64,000 bases of DNA from a virus, in IMG/VR virus record IMGVR_UViG_3300035698_018106, positions 38,717-102,716 of that record; one strand, given 5' to 3'. A program made the translations under genes and the position numbers. Shown piece by piece: positions 27,905-38,340 of this stretch (its first letter is position 1; each line of letters starts with the position of its first letter). Under the pieces are notes generated by a model that was not told where the DNA came from, did no database searches, and saw nothing but the letters and a program-made list of their open reading frames with translations.

Positions 27905-29620
27905 TTAATCTTTTACAATTATGCGTTGTAAAAATTCTACAGGAAATGCCTTTCTGTGTTTATGTATTAAATCTGCTAAAGAACCATCTAATATATAAGT
28001 CTTTGCCCAATCATTTTCATTTCTTACACTTCTACCAACTCCTTGTAATATATTTTTGATTGCGACCCATGAATACCAAGCAGGATTAATTTGCATCTTC
28101 GCTTTTACAAACCTATCACCAAGTGAAAGATATGGAACTTTTGCAAATATAGCAAACCTACTATATTCATCTTTAAGATCTAAACCTTCTAATAAGCTAG
28201 GACCTATAAGTACTTTAGATTTGTCATTCATTAACATACTAAGCACTTTTCTTTTTTCTTCGGCGCCTTCATATACTAAAACTCTCCTTTTATTTTTTTC
28301 AGAAAGCCCATTATGAATTTTCATTGTTAACGCATATGAAGCAGTATGTATTATACCATTTTCAGTAGTATGATCATCTAAAATTTCATCTATTTTATCA
28401 CAAACCCATGGTAGATTAGCATCTAGATGTTTATACGACATTCTTCTTTTATTATAAAAATATATTGGAGATTTACTATAATCAAAAGTATTTGCAATTT
28501 TTATATATTTAGCTTTATTTAAAGCTATTCCTTTTAAATAAACGGCTGGATCTCCAAAAGTAGCACTCATCAATACTGTAAATCCAGTATGCTCATGAAA
28601 ATATTTATTCATCATATAACTCTCTTCTAAACAATTAAATACAATTGCTTTTTCTCCTTGAGGATTTTTTATAATATTGTTAGTAGAAGTTTGATCTATA
28701 ATTTCAACATAATCTTCTATTTTACAATGAACATCCTTTAACCAATCACATATTTTTAGTGCTTTTCTCCATTCTTTGGGAGGATCATCTTTAGGATATT
28801 CTTCTTTAATAGTATCTTTTAATGTTTCTATAGCTGGTTTATATTCTTCTAATAATAATTCCATCTCACTTAATGCTTTAAAAAGATCATCTTGGTCTTC
28901 AAATTTAAATAAAGATTTAGTAACAACTTTTATAGAATGTACAGTTTTACTTAAATCTTTAATTTTATATAAATTAAAGAAATCAGTTAATTCTTCTAAT
29001 TTATCTAAAAAATGATCATCAAATCTAGGTGAATAATGATTTTGAACAATATCTAATATTTTATGAGCTTCATCACAAATAGTAAAAGCTCTAGATGGAA
29101 ACAATTGATGTTCTTCATCCATATGTTGATTAGTATAATTCTGCATTATCAACCAATACGCATAATTTAATAATGAGGTTTGAGATCCAGATGCTTTATC
29201 TCTTGCCATAAAATATGGACATTCATCATAACAATGCATGGCTCTAGGTTTTTTATTTCGCATTCGGCAAGTTCCCAGCGAATTCTTTTCCATATTATCA
29301 ATACACTTATAATTATCAATACCTTTTATAGAACCCCAATTAAATCTTCCTTTTCTAAAATCAGATTCATATTGTTCCTGTAATGCGATGTCAGATGCTA
29401 ATATATAACCATCCTTACCTTTTTTATTAAGAATATATGATATTGCTAATCCTATAATGGATTTACCACTACCAACAGGGGCATCTAATATAACAGTGCC
29501 CACACCATTATCATAAGCTTCAATTATGTTTATAACTGCCTCTTTTTGTCCTATTCTCCATACAAAGCCTTTATCCATAAAAACTTCTACGAATTCTTCT
29601 AATTGTTTATTTACGTCCAT
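27905..29620 (-). CDS. DinG/XPD (Rad3)-like DEAH helicase with an Fe-S cysteine cluster
   Basis: Walker A DAPVGSGKS, CDEAHK (DEAH box) and a four-cysteine cluster (C..C..C..C) between them. Confidence 0.7.
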   Translation of the reverse strand: MDVNKQLEEFVEVFMDKGFVWRIGQKEAVINIIEAYDNGVGTVILDAPVGSGKSIIGLAISYILNKKGKDGYILASDIALQEQYESDFRKGRFNWGSIKGIDNYKCIDNMEKNSLGTCRMRNKKPRAMHCYDECPYFMARDKASGSQTSLLNYAYWLIMQNYTNQHMDEEHQLFPSRAFTICDEAHKILDIVQNHYSPRFDDHFLDKLEELTDFFNLYKIKDLSKTVHSIKVVTKSLFKFEDQDDLFKALSEMELLLEEYKPAIETLKDTIKEEYPKDDPPKEWRKALKICDWLKDVHCKIEDYVEIIDQTSTNNIIKNPQGEKAIVFNCLEESYMMNKYFHEHTGFTVLMSATFGDPAVYLKGIALNKAKYIKIANTFDYSKSPIYFYNKRRMSYKHLDANLPWVCDKIDEILDDHTTENGIIHTASYALTMKIHNGLSEKNKRRVLVYEGAEEKRKVLSMLMNDKSKVLIGPSLLEGLDLKDEYSRFAIFAKVPYLSLGDRFVKAKMQINPAWYSWVAIKNILQGVGRSVRNENDWAKTYILDGSLADLIHKHRKAFPVEFLQRIIVKD

Positions 29621-29639
29621 GTATTTATTATGACAAAAA

Positions 29640-29675
29640 AAGACTGAAGTTTCCTTCAGTCTTTTTATTAATTTT
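29640..29675. terminator. Terminator-plus-promoter-like cassette
   Basis: ATGACAAAAAAA-GACTGAAG-TTTCC-CTTCAGTC-TTTTT. The minus strand continues TTTTTTTGTCATAATAAATAC and then ATG. Confidence 0.65.
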
Positions 29676-29698
29676 TATATTTTAAACTTAAATTTTTA

Positions 29699-29857
29699 TT
29701 GTCTTGATCCTTTTTTAATTTGAAATACTATCCATTCAGGTTTTTGTAATGCTTCTTCTAAAGCTTGTTCATGAACACCATCCCATGTAGAAGTCTGAAA
29801 ATCATCTAAGATAATCTCAGCAAAAACTTCCCATTGGTCCAGGAGATCCTCCTCCAT
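29699..29857 (-). CDS. Possible small ORF (53 aa), absent from the ORF track
   Basis: MEEDLLDQWEVFAEIILDDF...KKGSRQ. Occupies an otherwise empty 190-bp gap. Confidence 0.2.
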
Positions 29858-29870
29858 ATTCTTTTAAAGA

Positions 29871-30395
29871 TTACTGTAGTATTCCATTAACATAGCTAGC
29901 AACTGTTTGATTAGAATCAAACCAATCTTCTACCCTATAACTATCACTTCCAATCTTATTAACATGTTGAATAATTCCTGGATCTTCTTTTGTTATAATT
30001 ATAGCTTCTTCTTTTGCTGCTTTTAATTCTTCAGATTCACCTTCAAATTCATTATATTCATTAAGAACATCACTAACTATTTTTGCTTCCATTACCATAT
30101 CTTTTTTTTCAATTGTATCATTAACATTATCCATTCCAACTTTATTCCAATAATTGGGATCATCTAATTCATCTCTTCTAATATTATAGAAAAAAGTTAA
30201 AGCTAATCTTGCTTTATTATCAGGAAGTTTTTTTATAACTAAATTATAAATTTCTTCTAACTCTCTTTCATCTGAAACATCTTCAAAATATTCATCGTAA
30301 TAATATGCATATAGTGCCCAAAATTCTGTATAATCTGGTACATTAGTAGGATCTATTCCATAATATTCAAATAATCTTTTTAAATTTCTTTTCAT
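29871..30395 (-). CDS. Hypothetical protein
   Basis: 174 aa ORF. Confidence 0.4.
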   Translation of the reverse strand: MKRNLKRLFEYYGIDPTNVPDYTEFWALYAYYYDEYFEDVSDERELEEIYNLVIKKLPDNKARLALTFFYNIRRDELDDPNYWNKVGMDNVNDTIEKKDMVMEAKIVSDVLNEYNEFEGESEELKAAKEEAIIITKEDPGIIQHVNKIGSDSYRVEDWFDSNQTVASYVNGILQ

Positions 30396-30748
30396 TATTT
30401 AGATGATTCTATTAGAATATTTTTAGTTAAAACTTTTTTAACTCCAGTTTGTGTTTTAAAAAGATAATAAGACCCTTCACCCATTTTAGCGATTGGTTTC
30501 CCTTCTACGGTTTCCCCTGATTCTTTATTCTTAAATATTAAAATATCTCTATTAAATTCAGGAGAAAGTAATTCATTATCAATTATAGTCGAAACTCTTT
30601 TTGACATTCCTAGATTTATTGCATTTGTTGGATCAACATCTTCTACATCATTAGAATCCGGATTATAATCATCTGGCATATCTCCAGCCATATAGTCTCT
30701 TTCATTAGATTCTTTTAGACTTTCTGCAACAAATTTTATTTTTTTCAT
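30395..30748 (-). CDS. Hypothetical protein
   Basis: 117 aa ORF. Confidence 0.4.
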   Translation of the reverse strand: MKKIKFVAESLKESNERDYMAGDMPDDYNPDSNDVEDVDPTNAINLGMSKRVSTIIDNELLSPEFNRDILIFKNKESGETVEGKPIAKMGEGSYYLFKTQTGVKKVLTKNILIESSK

Positions 30749-30757
30749 AACTTTATA

Positions 30758-31420
30758 TTATTTTATTTCTTCGACATTATAAATTATCCCTTTTTTTACA
30801 TACTGATGTAAAACATCATTAACCTTATCTACGGAAGCTTTAGGATCTTTTATAATTATTCTTCTTATTCCATTTGCGTTAACCCCTGGTAATAATTCAA
30901 CACCATCAAAAAATTGATCTAATAAAGAATCTACTGATGTACGAGATTTATATAACACTAGTATCTCTACTACATCTGTTTCAGAATTTTCATATTGTGC
31001 ATTAGCTAAAACATAATCTCCATTTCTTTGATTCATAAACATATTTTCATGTAATGATTCTGAAACTAAAGTGTCTGATGAATACACAAATGTATCAATA
31101 CCTGCTGTAACATCTTCTGAACTACAAAAAGCTGAAATTTTAATTTCATTTCCATCTTTAAGTGCAATATTTATAAAATCATTAACACCATCGAATTCTT
31201 CTTGTATAGTATGTATACGTTTACCTTGTAATTCTTCTTCAGACAATGATCCAAAGTCAACATCTAGTTGACCAACACCTTTATCTCCATTAGGATATGC
31301 AGTAATATTAAGTTTACCACCTTCCTTAAAGTTAATTATGATAAATGAGTTTTTACCATCTGAACTTTCTTTAATGTCCTTTATTGTTTTGCCTTCTAAT
31401 CTCTTTAAATCATTCATCAA
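30758..31420 (-). CDS. Hypothetical protein
   Basis: 220 aa ORF. Confidence 0.4.
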   Translation of the reverse strand: MMNDLKRLEGKTIKDIKESSDGKNSFIIINFKEGGKLNITAYPNGDKGVGQLDVDFGSLSEEELQGKRIHTIQEEFDGVNDFINIALKDGNEIKISAFCSSEDVTAGIDTFVYSSDTLVSESLHENMFMNQRNGDYVLANAQYENSETDVVEILVLYKSRTSVDSLLDQFFDGVELLPGVNANGIRRIIIKDPKASVDKVNDVLHQYVKKGIIYNVEEIK

Positions 31421-31451
31421 ATAGATATTTTTATTATATATTCTTTATAAT

Positions 31452-33152
31452 TTAATCTTCTTTATCTAAATCATTAACCTCTATATCACTAAACCCTGTA
31501 TTTTTAGAAATAGTTACTGCATAATCAAAATGTTCTATTGGTAAAGGTGAATGATTAATAATGAAAATATTAATATTCATTTCTTTAGAAATTTTCTGTA
31601 ATAACCCTATAATATCATAGATGCCATCACCATCAATTGATGATAATACTTCATCGAGCATAAATATATTCAATAAAGGATATTTTCTTTTTAACATTCT
31701 AATAATAGAAATTAATACAGCTAAATCAACTCGTTTCTTTTCTCCTGTACTTAGCGTATCAACACTAATTTCTAATCCTAATTGAAATAATTGGGGTTCA
31801 AAATCAGTATCAAAACTCAATGCATAAGGAAAATGTAATTCATTTAATGTATATTCAATTTCTTTATTTAAAGTCGGAAGATAACTCTCTAAGATTTTCT
31901 TTTTAACTCCTGTATCTGCATATATTTCTTCTAGTATTGCCAAATATTTATGGTCATCATCATATTTAACTTTATCTGTTTCTTTAGAAGCTAATTGTTT
32001 AGTGTTTTTATTTATAATATTTCTAATACTACTAAATTCCTTAGGTTTATTAACTTTTAGACGTGTTAATTCTGATTCTAATGTTTTGAAAGCAGATTCA
32101 TATTGGATTATAAATTCATTAATCTTGTTAATTCCTTTATCTAATTTATTAAAAGCAACGCTATAAGTTTTTTCGTTTCCATTAATAGTTTCTAAATTAT
32201 TATTTTTTGATATTATATCGCTTTTTAATTTCTCTTTAACTGAGTCAAATCTTGTATCAGAAAAAGTGGTTTCGCATGTTGGACATTTATCCTTATCATA
32301 TAAATTTATTTGTCTATTAATTTGTGCAATTTCTTGTATAATTTTAGTTTTTTGCTGAATGAAAATATTATAAGACTCTGTTATTTCTTGTTTTTTACTT
32401 ATATATGTATTCCGCTTATTATAACCATCTTGCAACTTAGGTTTATATTCAGTTAATTTTTTTGATATTTGAGATATTTTTTCTATATTATCATTTTTAA
32501 CTTGTTTTTCTAACTTAGCTAATTCTTTTACAGCTGAATTTATATTTCCTTTTAATGATATTATTTCTCTATCAAATAATGTCATATTAACTTTTATATC
32601 TCTTAAGTCGTGTTTAACAAGATTATTCATCTTATTAATTATTTCCATTGCAAATAATTTATTAATAATAATTCTTTTATCATGAGGAGTCATTGAAATA
32701 AAAGATTTAAAATCATTTACAGATAAAGATATAATATTAGAGAAAATATGATAAGGCAATCCTGTAACTTCTGAATCTATATAATTTTGATAATTAGCTA
32801 TACCACTTTTACCAATATTATTATCTTCTGATGGTTCTTCTCCTGGGGCGTATTTATAAACAGTTAAATCCATTGGAGATATCTTCCGTTCTATAGTAAC
32901 ATCGGTTGTAGGATTAACAGATATATCCATTTTAATATATCCGTGTTTATTCATTCTATTAGAAATTTCATCTTTTTTGAATCGATCTAATTTTCCATAA
33001 TAACCGATTTTTGGTAAATTAACAAAAAAGGATTTGCCATGTCCATTTTTACCGGATACCATCCATAATCCACCAGATGCCGGCAGGTCTATAGTTTGTA
33101 ATTTATTACCAAATGGACCTATATTCTTCCACTCTATTTTATTAATTCTCAT
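31452..33152 (-). CDS. Recombination endonuclease ATPase subunit, SbcC/Rad50-like (T4 gp46-like)
   Basis: Walker A GKNGHGKS, a central coiled coil, signature LSTGEKKR and Walker B/D-loop MLDEVLSSID. Confidence 0.8.
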   Translation of the reverse strand: MRINKIEWKNIGPFGNKLQTIDLPASGGLWMVSGKNGHGKSFFVNLPKIGYYGKLDRFKKDEISNRMNKHGYIKMDISVNPTTDVTIERKISPMDLTVYKYAPGEEPSEDNNIGKSGIANYQNYIDSEVTGLPYHIFSNIISLSVNDFKSFISMTPHDKRIIINKLFAMEIINKMNNLVKHDLRDIKVNMTLFDREIISLKGNINSAVKELAKLEKQVKNDNIEKISQISKKLTEYKPKLQDGYNKRNTYISKKQEITESYNIFIQQKTKIIQEIAQINRQINLYDKDKCPTCETTFSDTRFDSVKEKLKSDIISKNNNLETINGNEKTYSVAFNKLDKGINKINEFIIQYESAFKTLESELTRLKVNKPKEFSSIRNIINKNTKQLASKETDKVKYDDDHKYLAILEEIYADTGVKKKILESYLPTLNKEIEYTLNELHFPYALSFDTDFEPQLFQLGLEISVDTLSTGEKKRVDLAVLISIIRMLKRKYPLLNIFMLDEVLSSIDGDGIYDIIGLLQKISKEMNINIFIINHSPLPIEHFDYAVTISKNTGFSDIEVNDLDKED

Positions 33153-33676
33153 ATTTTACTTATGATAAGTTCTTTAATTTCATTAACAGATTCCCTTTCA
33201 GGTTTGATTCGATATATATTATAGCAATATGTATTAACGATTTTGTTTATTTTTTCATCTATTGTTATAGCCTCAACATGAGATTGCATTCTTCCATTCA
33301 CTGAATATCTATGAATTCTATCCAATACAATGTTTATAGAGTCAAATTTATTATGGAGATCTAGTACCATATCTTTATAAGGAGCCGATTCCTTTTGGCC
33401 ATAATATAATCCAAGTAAAAGAGGAGAATCTGTAACGATAACATCAACTTTGCCTGATAATCTAAATAATCTATGATACTGATTTGCCGTTACATATAAT
33501 TGGTTATCTAAAATTTTTGTAGAGCCTTCCCATATCTTATCTTTTACATATTCAGGAGCCATTTCACATTCTACACCGTACATCTTTAATTCATAAAATA
33601 AACCTGCCATGAATGTACTTTTTCCAACTCCTGGACCTGCAAAGATATTTACTAACAATGTGTTTTTATTTACCAT
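33149..33676 (-). CDS. P-loop NTPase, kinase-like
   Basis: NIFAGPGVGKSTF Walker A. Confidence 0.4.
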   Translation of the reverse strand: MVNKNTLLVNIFAGPGVGKSTFMAGLFYELKMYGVECEMAPEYVKDKIWEGSTKILDNQLYVTANQYHRLFRLSGKVDVIVTDSPLLLGLYYGQKESAPYKDMVLDLHNKFDSINIVLDRIHRYSVNGRMQSHVEAITIDEKINKIVNTYCYNIYRIKPERESVNEIKELIISKI

Positions 33677-33882
33677 TTATTTCCTAATATTACTTTATTT
33701 CCTAATATTACTCTATCGACAAATTGATAAATTATAGATGCTTCTTTTCCTTTTGTATTTCTACATAATTCTTTAACTCCCTCATTACCACCTTCTTTAT
33801 ATGATTCTTCAATCATATCTATAAAACTTTGTTTTTCTTCTTTTTGAAAAATAATCTTTTTAATTTTCTGTAATTTATTCAT
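33670..33882 (-). CDS. Hypothetical protein
   Basis: 70 aa ORF. Confidence 0.3.
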   Translation of the reverse strand: MNKLQKIKKIIFQKEEKQSFIDMIEESYKEGGNEGVKELCRNTKGKEASIIYQFVDRVILGNKVILGNKW

Positions 33883-34162
33883 TTCTATATTTTTTTGTTT
33901 CGTTTAACATAAGTCTTGCTAGTATAATTCCATCCATCATATTAGTTAGTGATGTATAATATAATGGTTTTCCAGAATCATCTAATCTAGATAATTCTTT
34001 AGATTCTTTATCCCATTCATTTATAGTTTTTCCTGAATACACATAAGTTTCTATATATCTAATATCTTCTTCTGAATATTCATTTTTATATAATTCTCTT
34101 ACTGCCGAAAATTGTTCAGAATATAATACTCTTTCACCTCTAATTGGCTTAATATTTTTCAT
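33875..34162 (-). CDS. Hypothetical protein
   Basis: 95 aa ORF. Confidence 0.3.
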   Translation of the reverse strand: MKNIKPIRGERVLYSEQFSAVRELYKNEYSEEDIRYIETYVYSGKTINEWDKESKELSRLDDSGKPLYYTSLTNMMDGIILARLMLNETKKYRNE

Positions 34163-34164
34163 AT

Positions 34165-34632
34165 TTAAATTTTCATAAGATCTATAATTTTTGAAGCGGC
34201 TTCATCTAATGTATTAACAAATGGTATTGCTGTTCTGGATAATGAAGTTTGAGTTATAACATCTACTTTTCGTTCATAATTTTTGTCTAATCCTATTATG
34301 ATTTGTTTTTCTCCTGAATTTCCCCATCTTCCTAATTCATATAAAACTATAGGGTTAATAGATCCTTCTGCAAACCAGAATAAAATCATATCAGATTCTG
34401 CTAATTTATTGTATTCCCATGTAATTTGTTCTTCTGCTGCGTTTGGATCATCTATTGGAAAATCTTTTCTTCTTGGATTATATATTGTAAGATTTGGAAC
34501 ATTTTTAATTTTTCCAAGTAACTCACTTTGCCAATCAGGACAATTAGAAATTCCTCCTGCTAAAAATAATCTAAAATTCCTATTATTTTTAACAGAATAT
34601 ACTTCATTAGGTGATTCTATAATTATTGCCAT
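34165..34632 (-). CDS. Nucleoside 2-deoxyribosyltransferase-like (DNPH1/Rcl-like) protein
   Basis: RLFLAGGISNCPDW...MILFWFAEGSINPIVLYELGRW pattern of this superfamily. Confidence 0.45.
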   Translation of the reverse strand: MAIIIESPNEVYSVKNNRNFRLFLAGGISNCPDWQSELLGKIKNVPNLTIYNPRRKDFPIDDPNAAEEQITWEYNKLAESDMILFWFAEGSINPIVLYELGRWGNSGEKQIIIGLDKNYERKVDVITQTSLSRTAIPFVNTLDEAASKIIDLMKI

Positions 34633-34743
34633 ATTTTTAATTTATTAGGGACAATCTAGTGAATAATTAAGTATTATTTAGATATCCTATTTATATTCGT
34701 TTTTATTTAATTAGAATGTATTAAAACTAACCCAGAATTAACA

Positions 34744-35847
34744 CTAATCCTCTTTACTAGCTAATTTATAATAATGATTATTAAGAACCTTTAATTTAAC
34801 TAAAACTTCTGTTTGATGTTGTAAATCATCTATACTGTTTTCTAATAATGTTAAAATATCTTTGATATCAATACCTTCGACAGCTTCAGACAATTCATCT
34901 CCAAGCATTTTTTTCTCTCCACCTGTTTCGATTTTTTTATAATTACAACCATCTAATACATCAATAAATTTAGTGAGATTAAATAGATGAATATGTTTAT
35001 CAGGTACTATAACATCAGAATAATTATTTTCGAATAATTTAATTGCATCTTCTACAGTTAATTCTAAAATTCCACTTAGCATAATTCGCTGAAATATAGG
35101 GGAATAAATGTTTGGGGTAAAGCTAACTTCATTGGTGGCAGGTGAGAATATATAAACTCCTTTTGTGTTTCCAATATCGGATCTTTTTGTAGAATAAGGA
35201 GATCCAATGTATGTAAATTGTTGATATTCTTGTCTTTTATGAATATGTCCCGAAAATAATCTCTTGATTCCGGGAATCGCAGTAAAATCTGCACCTTTAT
35301 GGATAGCTCTATCATTGTCATATCTAAATCCTGCTATATTTGTATGTGCGAACACATAATTATGATCATTTTCTTTTACATATTGTTCTTCTGCCTTTTG
35401 ATCCCCAACCCATGGTAAAACTAAAATTTTTGAATCATTATTAGTAACAATAACTGGTTTTTCGTAAACTATTACATTAGGAATTCCCCTGAAAGGACGT
35501 AATGAATTTACATCCGTATCATATTTTTTGTATATGTCATGATTTCCAGTGATAAAATAGATAGGAATTATTTCTGATAATTGAATAACTATATCAATAG
35601 CAGAATTCATTACATAAATATCTAAAAATTGTCTATTATCAAAGAAATCTCCAAGAAAAAATAATACATCTCCTTTTTTCATATTCTTTTTTAAGAAAGG
35701 TATATAAAATTCTTTAAAAAAATTAATGTGATTTTGTAACCATTCAAGAGAATTATTTCTAACCCCGAAATGTAAATCAGATAAAAGAAATATATTTTTG
35801 TATTTTATTTCTACTGTATCAACTTTAAATGATGTTGGGATACTCAT
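34744..35847 (-). CDS. Recombination nuclease, SbcD/Mre11-like (T4 gp47-like)
   Basis: Metallophosphoesterase motifs DLHFG, GDFFD, GNHD and GHIH. Confidence 0.8.
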   Translation of the reverse strand: MSIPTSFKVDTVEIKYKNIFLLSDLHFGVRNNSLEWLQNHINFFKEFYIPFLKKNMKKGDVLFFLGDFFDNRQFLDIYVMNSAIDIVIQLSEIIPIYFITGNHDIYKKYDTDVNSLRPFRGIPNVIVYEKPVIVTNNDSKILVLPWVGDQKAEEQYVKENDHNYVFAHTNIAGFRYDNDRAIHKGADFTAIPGIKRLFSGHIHKRQEYQQFTYIGSPYSTKRSDIGNTKGVYIFSPATNEVSFTPNIYSPIFQRIMLSGILELTVEDAIKLFENNYSDVIVPDKHIHLFNLTKFIDVLDGCNYKKIETGGEKKMLGDELSEAVEGIDIKDILTLLENSIDDLQHQTEVLVKLKVLNNHYYKLASKED

Positions 35848-35876
35848 ATAAATTGTTTATACATTATATAAAAAAA

Positions 35877-35908
35877 TGGCCGAAAGGTTTTAACCTTTGG
35901 GCCATTTT
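35877..35908. terminator. Terminator hairpin, followed on the minus strand by TTTTTTTATATAATG
   Basis: TGGCCGAAAGGTT-TTAA-CCTTTGGGCCA. Confidence 0.65.
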
Positions 35909-35927
35909 AAAGTATTCTTAATATTTT

Positions 35928-36317
35928 TTAATCTCCTTTATAAATAGAAGCTTTATCTTGATAAAATTTAGTAATTCCTTCTCCTGTTTCTTTTTCTTGT
36001 TTAGAATCAAATCTTATTTTTGGGGAGTTCAGTGAATCACCTTCATCCACAAACCAGGTAATATTATCCATTTGATCATTTACAACTTCTAATGCATTTA
36101 ATAATTTATCTAATTCACCTGACATATAATAGGCATATATTCCACCTGTTTTAATAACATATTCATCTGTACTTCCGGATTTTAGTGTAACAGAAGGTCC
36201 TAATATTTTTTTATAAGTCTTTCCTTCTATTTTTTGCATAAGTATGGTTGCAAATTCAACTGCTTCATCATATGAAACAGATTCTTCAACAGATTCATTA
36301 ACAAATTTAGCTCTCAT
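35928..36317 (-). CDS. Hypothetical protein with MRAKFVNES leader
   Basis: The N-terminus shares ATGAGAGCTAAATT with the 7861 start. Confidence 0.45.
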   Translation of the reverse strand: MRAKFVNESVEESVSYDEAVEFATILMQKIEGKTYKKILGPSVTLKSGSTDEYVIKTGGIYAYYMSGELDKLLNALEVVNDQMDNITWFVDEGDSLNSPKIRFDSKQEKETGEGITKFYQDKASIYKGD

Positions 36318-36338
36318 TATACTATTTTATTTTATATA

Positions 36339-36812
36339 TTAAAATAGTTTTTTTGTCTTTATTCTATTTTCCATTTTATTTTTTGCAACAAAATCTCTTA
36401 ATACTAATTCCTGATCTAATACACCTATACCCTTATATAATTGATCATAATTAAGTTGGAAACATTCAGCGAAACTTATAAATATTTCAACCGGACTATA
36501 TTCACCGGTTCCACAACGTTCCTTGAAATAATAATACATATTTATCATATCTGTTTTATCAACCCTTTTTGGATTCTTATACTTTTTATGATAAGGAGAA
36601 TTCTTAAATATTTCATAGATTTTTTCATTAAGAATATGTAAAGTTCTATGTTCTATTACATCTCCTAATTGATCATCATATAAACTAGATACTCTACTAT
36701 CTATTTTAATAGATTGAGTAAATTCTTGAAATTGCATTTCCCCTGAATTAAAGGAATTATTTATTATTTTATCTTCAGCCATATTATAATCTTCTTTATT
36801 GTTTAAATTCAT
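36339..36812 (-). CDS. Hypothetical protein
   Basis: 157 aa ORF. Confidence 0.4.
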   Translation of the reverse strand: MNLNNKEDYNMAEDKIINNSFNSGEMQFQEFTQSIKIDSRVSSLYDDQLGDVIEHRTLHILNEKIYEIFKNSPYHKKYKNPKRVDKTDMINMYYYFKERCGTGEYSPVEIFISFAECFQLNYDQLYKGIGVLDQELVLRDFVAKNKMENRIKTKKLF

Positions 36813-36852
36813 TTATTTATAATTATTTTAATTTAGATATTTATCATCTAAA

Positions 36853-38340
36853 TTAAAATAAATTTGATCCAGTGATTTCCATTTCATCTATTGCAGCAAG
36901 AGGGTTAGATGCATCTAGATCTTTAATTGTTGGAGAATTATTCTCAAATGCTTGGATTGAAGATCCTACAAAGGATTCTGGAGATACCGGTTTTCCTGGT
37001 ATTGGAGCAGCAACTACACTATTTATAATATAATCCATATCTTGTATAGGTGAATCTCTATCTTCTTCAATTTTTGCATATTTCCATTGAATGGTATATC
37101 TCTTTTTAGTATTTTCATAACCAGATACCCTATTAGCTAAACATTTAAGATAATATTCTCCTCTTGCTTTCATTTCTGCATTAGTAATTATACCAAATAA
37201 TACATCAACAGTATGTAACAATGCAGCCGATTCAGAAATATTAGTTGTGTTTAAATCAGTAGTTTCCCATCCACCTCTATTTGTTTGTGTAGCAGTAATC
37301 ACACACCATTTACCTTCAGATGCCATGGCTCTTAAATCCTCTGCAATCTGTTTAATTTTCATATAGGTATTTTCAGTATTAGGATTTCTCCAATTTTTCA
37401 TAATATTAATGTAATCAACAAAAATATTATCGAATTTAATACCTAAAATTTCTTCTGCTTTAATTAAATAAGCCTTTAAATCATTAACAGAACAAGATGA
37501 TGCTGGAAATTCTTTTACATGCAGAACACCTAAATCTTTAAGAGATCCACTTCTCATTTTATGGATATTATCCTTTAATAAAGATTGATCCTTTGCCCAT
37601 TCTTCATAATCATCCATAGGAATATTAAAAGCATTTGAACCAATTCTCATATTAACAATTTCTTCCTGCAGTTCAAATGTTATGTAGGCAGTATTATGTC
37701 CTAATTGAGATGATTTTAAAGCTAAATTACCTAACCACATTGATTTACCTGCTTTTGGACCACTAAGAAAGGTTATAAGAGATCCTTTCCAATATCCCCC
37801 TTTTAAACATAAATCAATATAATCATATCCTGTAGTTGTTCTAGCTAATCTAGATTGTAAGTGAGTTGCTGCATCATAAAAATCAGAACCCATATTAAAA
37901 CTAAAATCAATAGATGTTTCAGTAGTTAACATATGTCTGATTTTCTCAACAACTTCATTTGCGTTTTCTGCAGTTACTTTAGTTGTTTTCATGAAAGCTA
38001 TAGCTTTCCTCATTACATTATCTAAATTACGAACCTGAATCCATGGCCCAACATTTTGTTCAAGCCATTCACTATCATAATTTGCAAGTAATTGTTTTGT
38101 ATTATAAAGTCCTTCTACTTGTTCAATACTAAATCTTTCAGCGTAGCCTTTTATCCTTATAAGTTCCATCATCTGATCTTTAGAAGGTGGAGTTTTATAT
38201 TGCAATGCATGTATCTTTGCAATATCGAATAATTCCCTCATATCAACATTTTGAAAATATTCAGATTTTGAAGAATTTAAGAAAATCTGATTATCTAATA
38301 TATAATGGTAAAAAATTTGTTCCTGATAGGCTGACATCAT
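36853..38340 (-). CDS. Replicative DNA helicase, DnaB-like (T4 gp41-like)
   Basis: GYDYIDLCLKGGYWKGSLITFLSGPKAGKS Walker A context. RecA-like fold. Confidence 0.65.
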   Translation of the reverse strand: MMSAYQEQIFYHYILDNQIFLNSSKSEYFQNVDMRELFDIAKIHALQYKTPPSKDQMMELIRIKGYAERFSIEQVEGLYNTKQLLANYDSEWLEQNVGPWIQVRNLDNVMRKAIAFMKTTKVTAENANEVVEKIRHMLTTETSIDFSFNMGSDFYDAATHLQSRLARTTTGYDYIDLCLKGGYWKGSLITFLSGPKAGKSMWLGNLALKSSQLGHNTAYITFELQEEIVNMRIGSNAFNIPMDDYEEWAKDQSLLKDNIHKMRSGSLKDLGVLHVKEFPASSCSVNDLKAYLIKAEEILGIKFDNIFVDYINIMKNWRNPNTENTYMKIKQIAEDLRAMASEGKWCVITATQTNRGGWETTDLNTTNISESAALLHTVDVLFGIITNAEMKARGEYYLKCLANRVSGYENTKKRYTIQWKYAKIEEDRDSPIQDMDYIINSVVAAPIPGKPVSPESFVGSSIQAFENNSPTIKDLDASNPLAAIDEMEITGSNLF

